Source: Candidatus Aenigmatarchaeota archaeon (GTDB lineage: Archaea; Aenigmatarchaeota; Aenigmatarchaeia; Aenigmatarchaeales; JACQIB01). From it: 64,000 nt of DNA. The DNA lies in assembly GCA_016198755.1 (NCBI GenBank), contig JACQIB010000004.1:91192-155191 (forward strand), given 5' to 3'. Below are positions 54,164 through 62,681 of the stretch, piece by piece; within the stretch, counting starts at the first letter, position 1; every line of letters begins with the position of its first letter. The translations under genes were made by a program, and so were the position numbers. The notes under the pieces were generated by a model that had not been told where the DNA came from, ran no database searches, and was given only the letters and a program-made list of their open reading frames with translations.

Positions 54164-56032
54164 ATGGCAACACCATCAGCTGGTCTTGGGATGAAAGGCA
54201 GTTCAAATATTGTGGGAGCTGTAGGTGCAGCTGTAGGAATGGCGCTGACTGCTCTGGGAGGTGCTGTTGTAGAGCACCACAAAGATACAGGAAGTTATAA
54301 TATCTTTGAACCGGTAGCAAAGGAACCAAAACCAACTCCAAGCAAGGAAAACAAAAGTCTTGATCATTCAGGAGAATTATTGTTCGGGTTTTCACCAGAC
54401 GGGGCACTGCATGTGCCAGATGAAGATGGATTTGCACATGCAGCGCTCAACGGAACTCCAAACGAAAAGCTGTTGGAGGGTGGTGATGTAGGTCAGATTA
54501 TTTTGGATCCTGCAAAGGGAAGGGTTAACATAACAATAGAAAAGGATTCTGATACGTACACAGTAAGGGTTCCTTATGATGTGGCTTTGAAGGCACTTCA
54601 GAATATAGAGGATACTGCTGCAAAACATGCTGGTGGAAAAGCCAGGAGTGTAAAGCTTGTTCCAGATAATTTTCTTAAAACTCCAACTGGCTCTGCAGCA
54701 GAGGCTGCTTATTTGATGCATGCTGATGGGAAGAAGCTTGCTGGGGGTAGTGACGCAAGGTACACCATTAATGTAAGTTATGAATTTATGGATTCTGCAG
54801 GAAAACCACTTCTTAAACCAAGGGCACGTGCAACAATAACAATAGATGGTTCAACCCCACGCACTCCTATAACACAGGAAGTCAGTCCAGGTTCTTCTGG
54901 CTGGGCAGGTGGGGATGTTATAAATCTGTTGGATGGAGCTGACAATGGAGTTTTAGATAAGGAAGCACATGGTTGGATAGACACACTTCTAGATTCTCTT
55001 TTCAATAATAGTATGCTGGAAACTCTCGGAGTTCAGCATGATAATGGATTCAGGGAAGGTAATGAAACTGCAAGGAATGCTATAGTGGGTTTGCTTGGAA
55101 TAGAGCCGCAGTACATGAATGGTTCTGCTCATTTGAATGTAACAGACACTTTAAAGGAACTTGCTTTCTTAAGGAACCTGAACAACACACTGAACAATGC
55201 AAGTGCAACCCGCGAAAGCTTTACAGATGGGGTACCACCAGTTGTTGATGCACTCTTCCGCTATCTTGGATTTGGAAACGATACTATACAAAAGCTTCTT
55301 TCAGCAAACGGACTGCCTTCCGGAGCAAATCAAACTCCGGCCGGTTTAGATAATCTTGTTACAAAAATGAACTACAGGATAGGCGAACTTCAGGGAAACC
55401 TGAGCAAACTGGAAAGGACAGATACACTCAATTATAGACAATTAATGCAGGCATATGGGCAAAACGGTTCTCTTTTATCAACACTTCTCAAAGGTTCCAT
55501 GGAAGCCAGATATTTCAGTGATGGGAAGAATGGATCAGCTAAAGTACGGGGAGCTGATGTTTACTTTAGGCCAAATGGTTCAAGCGAACTTGTTGTTCAT
55601 GCAACAGATGGAGACAAGATAATAAATGTAAGCGCTGAACAGGCTTTGGACATTTCACTTGAGTCTGCAATGTTAAAGGGTTCAACGCGCGAACTTGCCT
55701 TTGAACGCGGTAATGAAGAGCTTGGATATTCAACAGATCTTATAGATGCATCTTTAGGTAATTTGAATGCTTCCCTGCCTGAGCTGCAGGATTATTTCTT
55801 GGGGACATTCTCCCCGAACAACAGCCTTCTTTCACACTTGCCGAGCATTGGTGTGGATAACTTGGCAAACGTAACAAATGTTACAGTTTATGATACTCCT
55901 AACAGCGTGAAAAAGAGCGGTATGGGAGGATTTGCTGTTGTCAGGTATGATAATAACAATGTCGGTGTATTTGGAATAGCAAAAACTGATATGACTGCAT
56001 TTTTAGGGGCTCTTGGGGAAGCTTTGGGGTAA
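54164..56032 (+). CDS. N-terminally anchored, sequon-rich extracellular hypothetical protein
   Basis: The ATG at 54164 lies 2 codons inside the TTG-started ORF. The Gly/Ala-rich TM is IVGAVGAAVGMALTALGGAVV. Many N-X-S/T sites follow. The next gene starts 7 nt after its stop. Confidence 0.5.
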   Translation: MATPSAGLGMKGSSNIVGAVGAAVGMALTALGGAVVEHHKDTGSYNIFEPVAKEPKPTPSKENKSLDHSGELLFGFSPDGALHVPDEDGFAHAALNGTPNEKLLEGGDVGQIILDPAKGRVNITIEKDSDTYTVRVPYDVALKALQNIEDTAAKHAGGKARSVKLVPDNFLKTPTGSAAEAAYLMHADGKKLAGGSDARYTINVSYEFMDSAGKPLLKPRARATITIDGSTPRTPITQEVSPGSSGWAGGDVINLLDGADNGVLDKEAHGWIDTLLDSLFNNSMLETLGVQHDNGFREGNETARNAIVGLLGIEPQYMNGSAHLNVTDTLKELAFLRNLNNTLNNASATRESFTDGVPPVVDALFRYLGFGNDTIQKLLSANGLPSGANQTPAGLDNLVTKMNYRIGELQGNLSKLERTDTLNYRQLMQAYGQNGSLLSTLLKGSMEARYFSDGKNGSAKVRGADVYFRPNGSSELVVHATDGDKIINVSAEQALDISLESAMLKGSTRELAFERGNEELGYSTDLIDASLGNLNASLPELQDYFLGTFSPNNSLLSHLPSIGVDNLANVTNVTVYDTPNSVKKSGMGGFAVVRYDNNNVGVFGIAKTDMTAFLGALGEALG

Positions 56033-56038
56033 TCGCAT

Positions 56039-58954
56039 ATGGATGCAAAAAAGATAGTGCTGGTTGCGGTACTGAGTTTTCTAGTCTTAATTATACCTGT
56101 CTTTGCAGCAAACTATAATCTTACTGTATATACTTATGATAAGAACACGGGAGTAAGTCTTGGTACAGACTACATAAAGGTTCTTGATTCTTCCGGAAAT
56201 GTTGCCTGCCGAACAGCAGGTGCAGGGTTTAGTTCTCTTATATGTAACCTTCCAAAGGCACAATACACAATACAGGCATACAATCCAAAATACAATCCTA
56301 TGGTAGACACATTTACACTGCGCTCAGATCAGACGCGTCATTTATTCCTTGTCCCTGATATAACTTTGCCCATTTCAGCACTTTCTGCATCAGGTACAAA
56401 GGGAAATCCTATTAATGGTGTGGACTGGTATACAACTGCAGTTGTAGTGGATATATCATGTTCTGATGCTTCTGGCAGTGGTTGCAACAAAATTTATGCC
56501 ACGCTTGGTAAAGACTCTTACGTAAGCCAGTCAGGTCAGCCACTTTCCATACAAGTTAACTCCGATGGGAGTTATACTCTAAAATATTATTCTGTTGATA
56601 TGGCAGGTAACAGGGAAAATGAAAAGGAATATGTATTTGGGGTAGACACAACACCTCCTGTTATTGCTGGTGCAGGCTCAGATTGGACAAATGTTGCACA
56701 GCAATTCAATCCATCCTGTTCTGATCCTGAATCGGGCTGCGGAACATTTTTTGGATACGTTTCCTCTACAGTTATAGCACAGTGTCCTGCAACTCCCGCA
56801 TCTTATAATGTTCCATTGCCTGCTGCAGTTTCTACTCATGTATTTTGGTGTGCTGGGGCAGCAAATAATGTTGGACTTTTCAGTTTTACTCCATTGCCTT
56901 TTGAGTTCAAAGTTGATTTAGTTCCGCCAGTTGTAACATCCAGAGATATTCCCAATGGAACAGTTTATTCCCCTTCTCAGGTTTACTGGTTCAATGCAAC
57001 CATTTCAGATAATGAAGTTCTCCAAACAGTTGAATTTGATTTGGATGGGCAGCGCTTTTTGCCTACAAATGACAACGGAGAATATGGAATTAATTTTGTT
57101 GGACTCGGTGCTGGAACACATTCCTATCGCTGGAGAGCAGTGGACATGGCAAGGAATGACCATGTTTTTGTAAACAATCTCGTAATAACAAAGGCTCCAA
57201 CAAGCATGTCACTAACAGTAGATGGATCTTCCCTAAGGCAGATGATTGATGTTGATACACAGTTCACTCTAAGAGCAGAGCTGAATGCATCAGGCTTACT
57301 TTCAATTACATCTGATTTCCCATGGTTTTCCCAGATTTCAAGCCAAAGTCCAACACAGTCAGCAATAACTTTTAACAATACAGGCACATTTACAATAACA
57401 GCAGATTTTGCAGGTGATAACAACTATCTGCCTTCCTCAGCTTCAATCATTATTGATTCTGTTGAAAGGCCTGATACAGAAGCTCCTGTCTTGGTTTTTG
57501 TTTCCCCTTTAAATGAAAGCACTGTGCAAACTTCAACTGTTCCAATAGAATTCACTGTATCCGATGCAAATCCCTATACAATAAACCTGAGCATTGATGG
57601 TGCAACACCTACAGTTATAACAGGCAGCACAACTCTTAACCTCTCCCAAAACTCTGTACACACTTTAACATTTTCTCTGCAGGATATTCTAGGAAATACA
57701 GCAAACTATGTTCTGCAGTTTACAATACCTATTTTGAGCACTGTGTCAGACAGCATTATAGATGGCGTTAATTTTACAGGTGACGTTTTGAATGCTCTCG
57801 AAGGAAGAAGCACTTTTGTGCGCTCTGAGATTGTAAACTCCACAGTTTCTATCTCAAATCTAACTGATTCCAGACTTGTGCGCAGCACAATAGAGAACAC
57901 AAACTTAACAAATTCCAAGGTTACTGATGCAACTCTTAAGAATTCTGTTTTGCTTCGCAGCACTTTCATTGGAAAGGAAGCTGAGGATGTTTTTGCAGAA
58001 GACAGTTTCTTGGATCCAGGCAACTTCACAGGTTCAAAATTCAAAAACTGCAATATTGTAAACTCTAATGTTACCTATAGCAATGTTGCAGACTGTTCAA
58101 TAACAGACAGCAATGTTAATGGTTCAGTAATTGTTGGAAGCACGTTTAATCTAAAAAGTTATGTTTTCAACAATTCAGATGTTCATGGAATTGATGGAAC
58201 AGGAGTTAACATAACAAATGACAAGCTTGTTTCCGGTACAGTAACATACAAAGGCAACAGCTTTACAGCACCAATGACTTTGTCAGATATTTACAATTAT
58301 GTTGCTTCAGAACAACAAAAAGATCCGGGCCCATGGGCTACTGGCGGTGGCGGAGGCGGTGGAGGATTTACTCCAGTCTATTCTGTTTCAGCTTCAGCTG
58401 ATGGAAGTTCTTTTGATATGAAACAGGGAGATGTAAATAGGCTGACAGTAGAATTGGAGAATAAAGGAAATATGATGCTTACAGGTTTGACATTTACACT
58501 TACAGAAATACCTGCTAATTGGTACAGCTTTGAAGGCCTTCCTGCTTCTCTTGAGGCAGGGCAGAAAACAAATATAACAGTGGTTTTCGCTCCCACAGGA
58601 GTAAGTGCTGATAAAACAGGAAAGCTTTTGGTAAACAGCACAGAAGGAGCTGTTTCCGAGGTTCCAGTTTCAATAAAGTTCACAGGCTCAGCTCCTCAGA
58701 CAACCACAACAATACCTGAAGTAAAGGTAAATGCAACTCTCCCAGGAACAACAACCACAACAACAGTAGGACCAAATCCATTGACAGGTTTCTTTACGGT
58801 TATTGGAGGCAATCCAGCAGCAGTTGCAGTTGTAGGAATAGTGCTGGTTGTTATAGGTTCAATTGGCTGGAGCATGAGAAGTGATTCTGCAAAGAAAAAG
58901 CGCGCAGCTGTAGCTGAGGCAGAAGAAACCGAACAGGAAGGCAATAACAATTAA
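56039..58954 (+). CDS. Large surface protein: Ig-like modules, pentapeptide-repeat beta-helix, poly-Gly, NEW3/CARDB-like domain, Thr linker, C-terminal TM anchor
   Basis: The signal peptide is IVLVAVLSFLVLIIPVFA. Ig-like module boundaries are VDTTPPVI, VDLVPPVV and PDTEAPVLV, and a GDNNY motif is present. About 33 pentapeptide repeats span aa ~571-735. GGGGGGGG follows, then LTVELENKGNMMLTGLTFTLTEIPANWYSF, then TTTTTT and the TM VAVVGIVLVVIGSIGW with a charged tail. Confidence 0.7.
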   Translation: MDAKKIVLVAVLSFLVLIIPVFAANYNLTVYTYDKNTGVSLGTDYIKVLDSSGNVACRTAGAGFSSLICNLPKAQYTIQAYNPKYNPMVDTFTLRSDQTRHLFLVPDITLPISALSASGTKGNPINGVDWYTTAVVVDISCSDASGSGCNKIYATLGKDSYVSQSGQPLSIQVNSDGSYTLKYYSVDMAGNRENEKEYVFGVDTTPPVIAGAGSDWTNVAQQFNPSCSDPESGCGTFFGYVSSTVIAQCPATPASYNVPLPAAVSTHVFWCAGAANNVGLFSFTPLPFEFKVDLVPPVVTSRDIPNGTVYSPSQVYWFNATISDNEVLQTVEFDLDGQRFLPTNDNGEYGINFVGLGAGTHSYRWRAVDMARNDHVFVNNLVITKAPTSMSLTVDGSSLRQMIDVDTQFTLRAELNASGLLSITSDFPWFSQISSQSPTQSAITFNNTGTFTITADFAGDNNYLPSSASIIIDSVERPDTEAPVLVFVSPLNESTVQTSTVPIEFTVSDANPYTINLSIDGATPTVITGSTTLNLSQNSVHTLTFSLQDILGNTANYVLQFTIPILSTVSDSIIDGVNFTGDVLNALEGRSTFVRSEIVNSTVSISNLTDSRLVRSTIENTNLTNSKVTDATLKNSVLLRSTFIGKEAEDVFAEDSFLDPGNFTGSKFKNCNIVNSNVTYSNVADCSITDSNVNGSVIVGSTFNLKSYVFNNSDVHGIDGTGVNITNDKLVSGTVTYKGNSFTAPMTLSDIYNYVASEQQKDPGPWATGGGGGGGGFTPVYSVSASADGSSFDMKQGDVNRLTVELENKGNMMLTGLTFTLTEIPANWYSFEGLPASLEAGQKTNITVVFAPTGVSADKTGKLLVNSTEGAVSEVPVSIKFTGSAPQTTTTIPEVKVNATLPGTTTTTTVGPNPLTGFFTVIGGNPAAVAVVGIVLVVIGSIGWSMRSDSAKKKRAAVAEAEETEQEGNNN
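57749..58243 (+). repeat. About 33 consecutive pentapeptide repeats (coding) in the 971-aa surface protein
   Basis: Read in register the sequence is DSIID GVNFT GDVLN ALEGR STFVR SEIVN STVSI SNLTD SRLVR STIEN TNLTN SKVTD ATLKN SVLLR STFIG ... CNIVN SNVTY SNVAD CSITD SNVNG SVIVG STFNL. The central residue is almost always L/V/I/F and there is no register break. Confidence 0.7.
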
Positions 58955-59158
58955 GGTTTTTCTAACACTAAACAGGCGGCTTTATATACTATGAGAGAGT
59001 AATAAATATTATACGACAAGAGGCGATGGTATGTACGAAGAAATGTTATTGCCTGAAGACAAGAGAAAGGTAGTTGAGGAAGAAGATAAGAAAGAAGCTA
59101 CAGATCCTGAACACAGAGTCAGGGAGTTTGCAGCAGATCTATACGACTAACCATAGAT

Positions 59159-59839
59159 TTACTCTTCTTTTTCTTTCCCTATTGTAAAATCAGTAAGCCC
59201 TTTTTGTTTTTTCTTCCCTTTCAATTCCCTTACAGTCTCCCAGCTATGCCTTATCCATTCCAGATTCTTTTTTTCCTTTAAACATTTTTTAACAAATTCT
59301 ATTGTTCTTGAATCATGCGGATATCCAACACCAAAATTCACACCTACAAGTTTCTTTATTTGTTCAATTTCCCTGTCTCTCTCAACTTTGGCTAAAATAG
59401 AAGCTGCTGAAACAACAGGCCAGTTCTTATCAGCATAATTTTCAGCTATAATTTTTGTATGGTTCTTTGCCATAGCCAAAAGATAGGCTTTGAATTTCTC
59501 CGTTGAAACCTGCGGCGCATCCACTACAGCAGTATCGGGCCCGAAAACTTTTATTATCTCAGCCATTTTCTCAGCTTCAATCCTGTTCAGGTTCTTCTTT
59601 GCAGCTCTCATTTCGTCTATTTGCTGAGCTGAAATTTTAATTAACACAAAATCCTTAACAACAGCCTTTATTTTAATTTCCAGTTTCTCTCTTTGTAAAG
59701 GAGTAAGAAGTTTGCTGTCTTTCGCCCCCATTTCCTTTAGCTTTTTTTCATCCGTCTCCTCTATAACAACCCCGCCAATAACCAATGGCCCGACGACTGC
59801 ACCACGCCCAGCCTCATCAATACCCAAAAGCGTTCTCAT
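59159..59839 (-). CDS. rnhB: Ribonuclease HII
   Basis: LLGIDEAGRGAVVGPLVIGGV lies at the N-terminus (start at the internal Met MRTLLGIDEAGRG). DSKLLTP, SAASILAKV.RD and YPHD are also present. Confidence 0.85.
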   Translation of the reverse strand: MRTLLGIDEAGRGAVVGPLVIGGVVIEETDEKKLKEMGAKDSKLLTPLQREKLEIKIKAVVKDFVLIKISAQQIDEMRAAKKNLNRIEAEKMAEIIKVFGPDTAVVDAPQVSTEKFKAYLLAMAKNHTKIIAENYADKNWPVVSAASILAKVERDREIEQIKKLVGVNFGVGYPHDSRTIEFVKKCLKEKKNLEWIRHSWETVRELKGKKKQKGLTDFTIGKEKEE

Positions 59840-59888
59840 TCTCACACCTCCTATAATGTCTTTAATGCTGAGCAGAATATAAGCCTTC

Positions 59889-60884
59889 TCAAACCCCAAG
59901 GGACTTTAATCTCAGCCCATGTGTTAACAAATGCCAGTTCTTTCCTGCTGGTGCTGTTGCAGGTACAATATGCCTTCCAACAGGGTTGTGTGTATCAGCG
60001 TAGAATGTACTGTATTTATTTCCTTGTAAAAGATTATAAAGCCATGTTCCGCTTATAGTGTCCCCAGGAAGGCTTTCCATATACATAACAGCTCCGTGCA
60101 AATCAGCTGTGTGGTGAGCATCAGCTTCCACAACTTTTCTTACATCTCTATGTGCATAAACATCCTTCAAATCCTGTGAAATATCCAATGAAAGGCTGTT
60201 AGAATTAGGCATTATAGAGTTTGCTGTTGCAACTGGCAGGATTTGTCTTCCGCGTACTCCAGACCTGAGAATACTTTTAACTGTAGACGGAGCCATTCTC
60301 CATCCATATCCATGGTGGCTCTCAACTTCCTGTAATCCATCAGAAGGTGATGGGTGTGGAATAATCGGAAATCCAATGCCGCTGATATAAATAAGGTCTG
60401 AAAGCTCCTCTGCAGTAGGGTTTCTTGCTCCCCTTTCTACAAATTCATCATAATGTGTTTGCATAAATTCAAGAGTTCCGTTTTCATCGAACGGTGCAAA
60501 AATAACATGAGGCCCCCCTGTCAGTTCATTATCTTTTCCATATACTGTTGAAAATTCTGCCCCCACAATAAATTTAACTCTGTCTTTCAATTGCCTTGCT
60601 AGATCAAGTTCCCTTTCCACAACACCATATTCCGGATCATGGTCTGTTAAAAGAACGACAGAAACTATCCCAGCATTCTCGCAAGCATCAGCTACCTGTT
60701 CCATACCCTGCACAGAATCTCCCGAGCCTTCAGTAACGTGCGTGTGCAAAACAGTTCCTATATAGTTCCCGTCCAAAGAACCCTTAAACCTTCCCTGCCT
60801 TTCTACTCTTCCTCGCGAAAGCATTGGGGCTGTCAAACCCTCGTCTATAAACCTTGCAAATCCATACAGGCTCTCCCATCCCAT
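59889..60884 (-). CDS. PHP-domain metal-dependent phosphoesterase
   Basis: The PHP motifs are readable as VLHTHVTEGSGD, LLTDHD, VGAEFS, IPHPSP and EADAHH. Confidence 0.55.
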   Translation of the reverse strand: MGWESLYGFARFIDEGLTAPMLSRGRVERQGRFKGSLDGNYIGTVLHTHVTEGSGDSVQGMEQVADACENAGIVSVVLLTDHDPEYGVVERELDLARQLKDRVKFIVGAEFSTVYGKDNELTGGPHVIFAPFDENGTLEFMQTHYDEFVERGARNPTAEELSDLIYISGIGFPIIPHPSPSDGLQEVESHHGYGWRMAPSTVKSILRSGVRGRQILPVATANSIMPNSNSLSLDISQDLKDVYAHRDVRKVVEADAHHTADLHGAVMYMESLPGDTISGTWLYNLLQGNKYSTFYADTHNPVGRHIVPATAPAGKNWHLLTHGLRLKSLGV

Positions 60885-60950
60885 AATTGGAGTTGGAAGG
60901 AAATCTTTAAATATACAGTATTTTTAAGCTCGCATGCACAAAGCTGTTGT

Positions 60951-61598
60951 ATGAACACTATATACGAAATATTCGGGCCAATAAAAATACACCCGCTTGG
61001 AAGGTACAGCTATATTTTATCTGTTGTTCTAATGGCTTATCTGGGTTCTCAGAGGTATGGGGAGGTTTACTGGCAGGCTGCTCTTGGATTTGCGTTGGTT
61101 TTGTTTGCAGCGCGTGCATTAAGAAAATGGTGGAAACTTACTTTTACTGCCGGTTCGATTATTCTGTTAGCTTACTTCCAGATACAAAATAATCTTTCCA
61201 CTGCAATACAGGATATTTTACTCTCCCAGCTCTTCACAGCGCTTTTCTGGGGACTTTATTTCAGGATGTTTGTCTGGAGGCTTATGGGACCCGAACATTA
61301 CCATAAAGAAGAGCTGTTTGATCATTCAAAATTCTGGAGAAGGCCTCACTCTCTTATAATGCCAATACTTTTCAGCCTAGTTTACTCTATTGTGCCCATA
61401 TTCATATTCAAGTTTTCTTTAACAACAGTAATCTGGCCCCTCTTAGTTCTGCTTTTTATGGGTTTCATTTTTTTCGGGAAAATGGAATATAACGAGAGGA
61501 ACCCAACAAAATCCAACAGTGTATATAATTTGCTTTTTTACGGGACAACAATAGTACTTTTCTACATGTTCTATACTTTTGTGTTTTCTGTTGCTTAG
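60951..61598 (+). CDS. Integral membrane protein (hypothetical)
   Basis: The first ATG beyond the PHP gene is at 60951. The product has about six hydrophobic segments and no motif. Confidence 0.45.
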   Translation: MNTIYEIFGPIKIHPLGRYSYILSVVLMAYLGSQRYGEVYWQAALGFALVLFAARALRKWWKLTFTAGSIILLAYFQIQNNLSTAIQDILLSQLFTALFWGLYFRMFVWRLMGPEHYHKEELFDHSKFWRRPHSLIMPILFSLVYSIVPIFIFKFSLTTVIWPLLVLLFMGFIFFGKMEYNERNPTKSNSVYNLLFYGTTIVLFYMFYTFVFSVA

Positions 61599-61674
61599 AA
61601 ATTTTTCCAGTGCAGGAAAGCCTGTACTGACTATTTATATAGACTGCTGTTCAATAGGAAAAAAGGTGAGCGTG

Positions 61675-61988
61675 ATGTCCAACCAATATGTAAGAGGGGG
61701 AATCAGGAGCCAATTTGCAAAGGCTCGGTTAGCCTGAAAAAGGTTCTTCACCGCGCCCTTAACAACAATCAGATACTGCTTCTCAACGAGATTGGAAACA
61801 ATGGACATGAAACCATAACAGCTCTCACAGACACACTTTCAAGAAAATCCAATATACCGCTTTCTACATTAAAGCTGAATTCTGCAATACTGAAAGAGCT
61901 AGGACTGGTAAAAATAGAGCTATGGGAGCCTGTTTCCCTTACTCATGCAGGAAAAGAAATCCTCAGGCTTTTGGGTGAGGGAAAATGA
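61675..61988 (+). pseudogene. wHTH transcription-regulator gene split by a 1-nt frameshift at a G5 run
   Basis: The TATA box TATTTATATA (61632-61641) and the SD-like GGTGA precede the ATG at 61675. That frame stops after 20 codons, at 61735-61737. A frame open from 61599 to the TGA at 61986-61988 has no ATG/GTG/TTG that could give a product of plausible length (its only in-frame start-type codon is a TTG at 61971). It encodes ...LNNNQILLLNEIGNNGHETITALTDTLSRKSNIPLSTLKLNSAILKELGLVKIELWEPVSLTHAGKEILRLL. One extra G in GGGGG (61696-61700) would join the two frames. Confidence 0.45.
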
Positions 61989-62680
61989 GAACAGTGGGGG
62001 TTCTGGGAGGGTTCGGTCCTGAAGCTACATCAGAGTTCTATGTTTCTATTGTAAACAAGAACCGCGCACTGAACAAGATTGCACACCCGAGCATTCTGAT
62101 ATACAATGTGCCAAACCTGTTCAGGCTTGAGGAAGCAGCTGTTAAAACAGATGGAAATCTGGGGGAGTTTTTGCCTCTCCTGCTCAGTGGAATAAAGATA
62201 CTGGAAGAGAAATCAGACTTTATTGTCATGCCCTGCAATACATTGCATATATTCATAGAGGATATAAGGAAAGCCAGCAGGGTTCCTGTGCTTAGCATTT
62301 TGGATGAGACTGTTGGAAGGATAAAAAAGATGGGTATAAGGAAAATAGGAATTCTGGCAACAATGAAAACAATTAAGGAAAAGCTGTTTGAAGAAAAGCT
62401 GGAAGAAAATGGAATAGAAACAATAAAACCAGATATTTCTGAGCAAAAAAGGGTTTCAGAAATAATCCACTGTATACTGAAAGGGGAAAAAACAGAGGAG
62501 ATGAAAACAGAGCTCTTGGGCATTGTAACTGGACTGAAAGAGAAAGGTGCTGAGGCTGTTATTTTAGGCTGTACAGATTTACAGCTATTGATAAATCAGG
62601 AAAATTCTGGTGTAAAGCTTATAGACACTGTGGATGTACTTGCTGATTCTGCAGTTAGAATTTTAAATGAGGGTGGCTAA
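61985..62680 (+). CDS. Aspartate racemase (Asp/Glu/hydantoin racemase family)
   Basis: The product is colinear with archaeal aspartate racemase: VGVLGGFGPEATSEFY, the first catalytic Cys in MPCNTLH, GILAT, and the second catalytic Cys in ILGCTDL. Confidence 0.85.
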   Translation: MRTVGVLGGFGPEATSEFYVSIVNKNRALNKIAHPSILIYNVPNLFRLEEAAVKTDGNLGEFLPLLLSGIKILEEKSDFIVMPCNTLHIFIEDIRKASRVPVLSILDETVGRIKKMGIRKIGILATMKTIKEKLFEEKLEENGIETIKPDISEQKRVSEIIHCILKGEKTEEMKTELLGIVTGLKEKGAEAVILGCTDLQLLINQENSGVKLIDTVDVLADSAVRILNEGG

Positions 62681-62681
62681 A

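Noticed and set aside
60738-60950. The ORF track gives long N-terminal extensions for the membrane protein at 60738. Similar extensions occur at 6096-6176, 8556-8630, 23877-23966, 59840-59899 and 50686-50739.
   Set aside because: The extensions overlap neighbouring genes or contain the neighbouring gene's promoter. They also lack similarity to the respective protein families, and internal Met codons with proper TATA spacing fit better.
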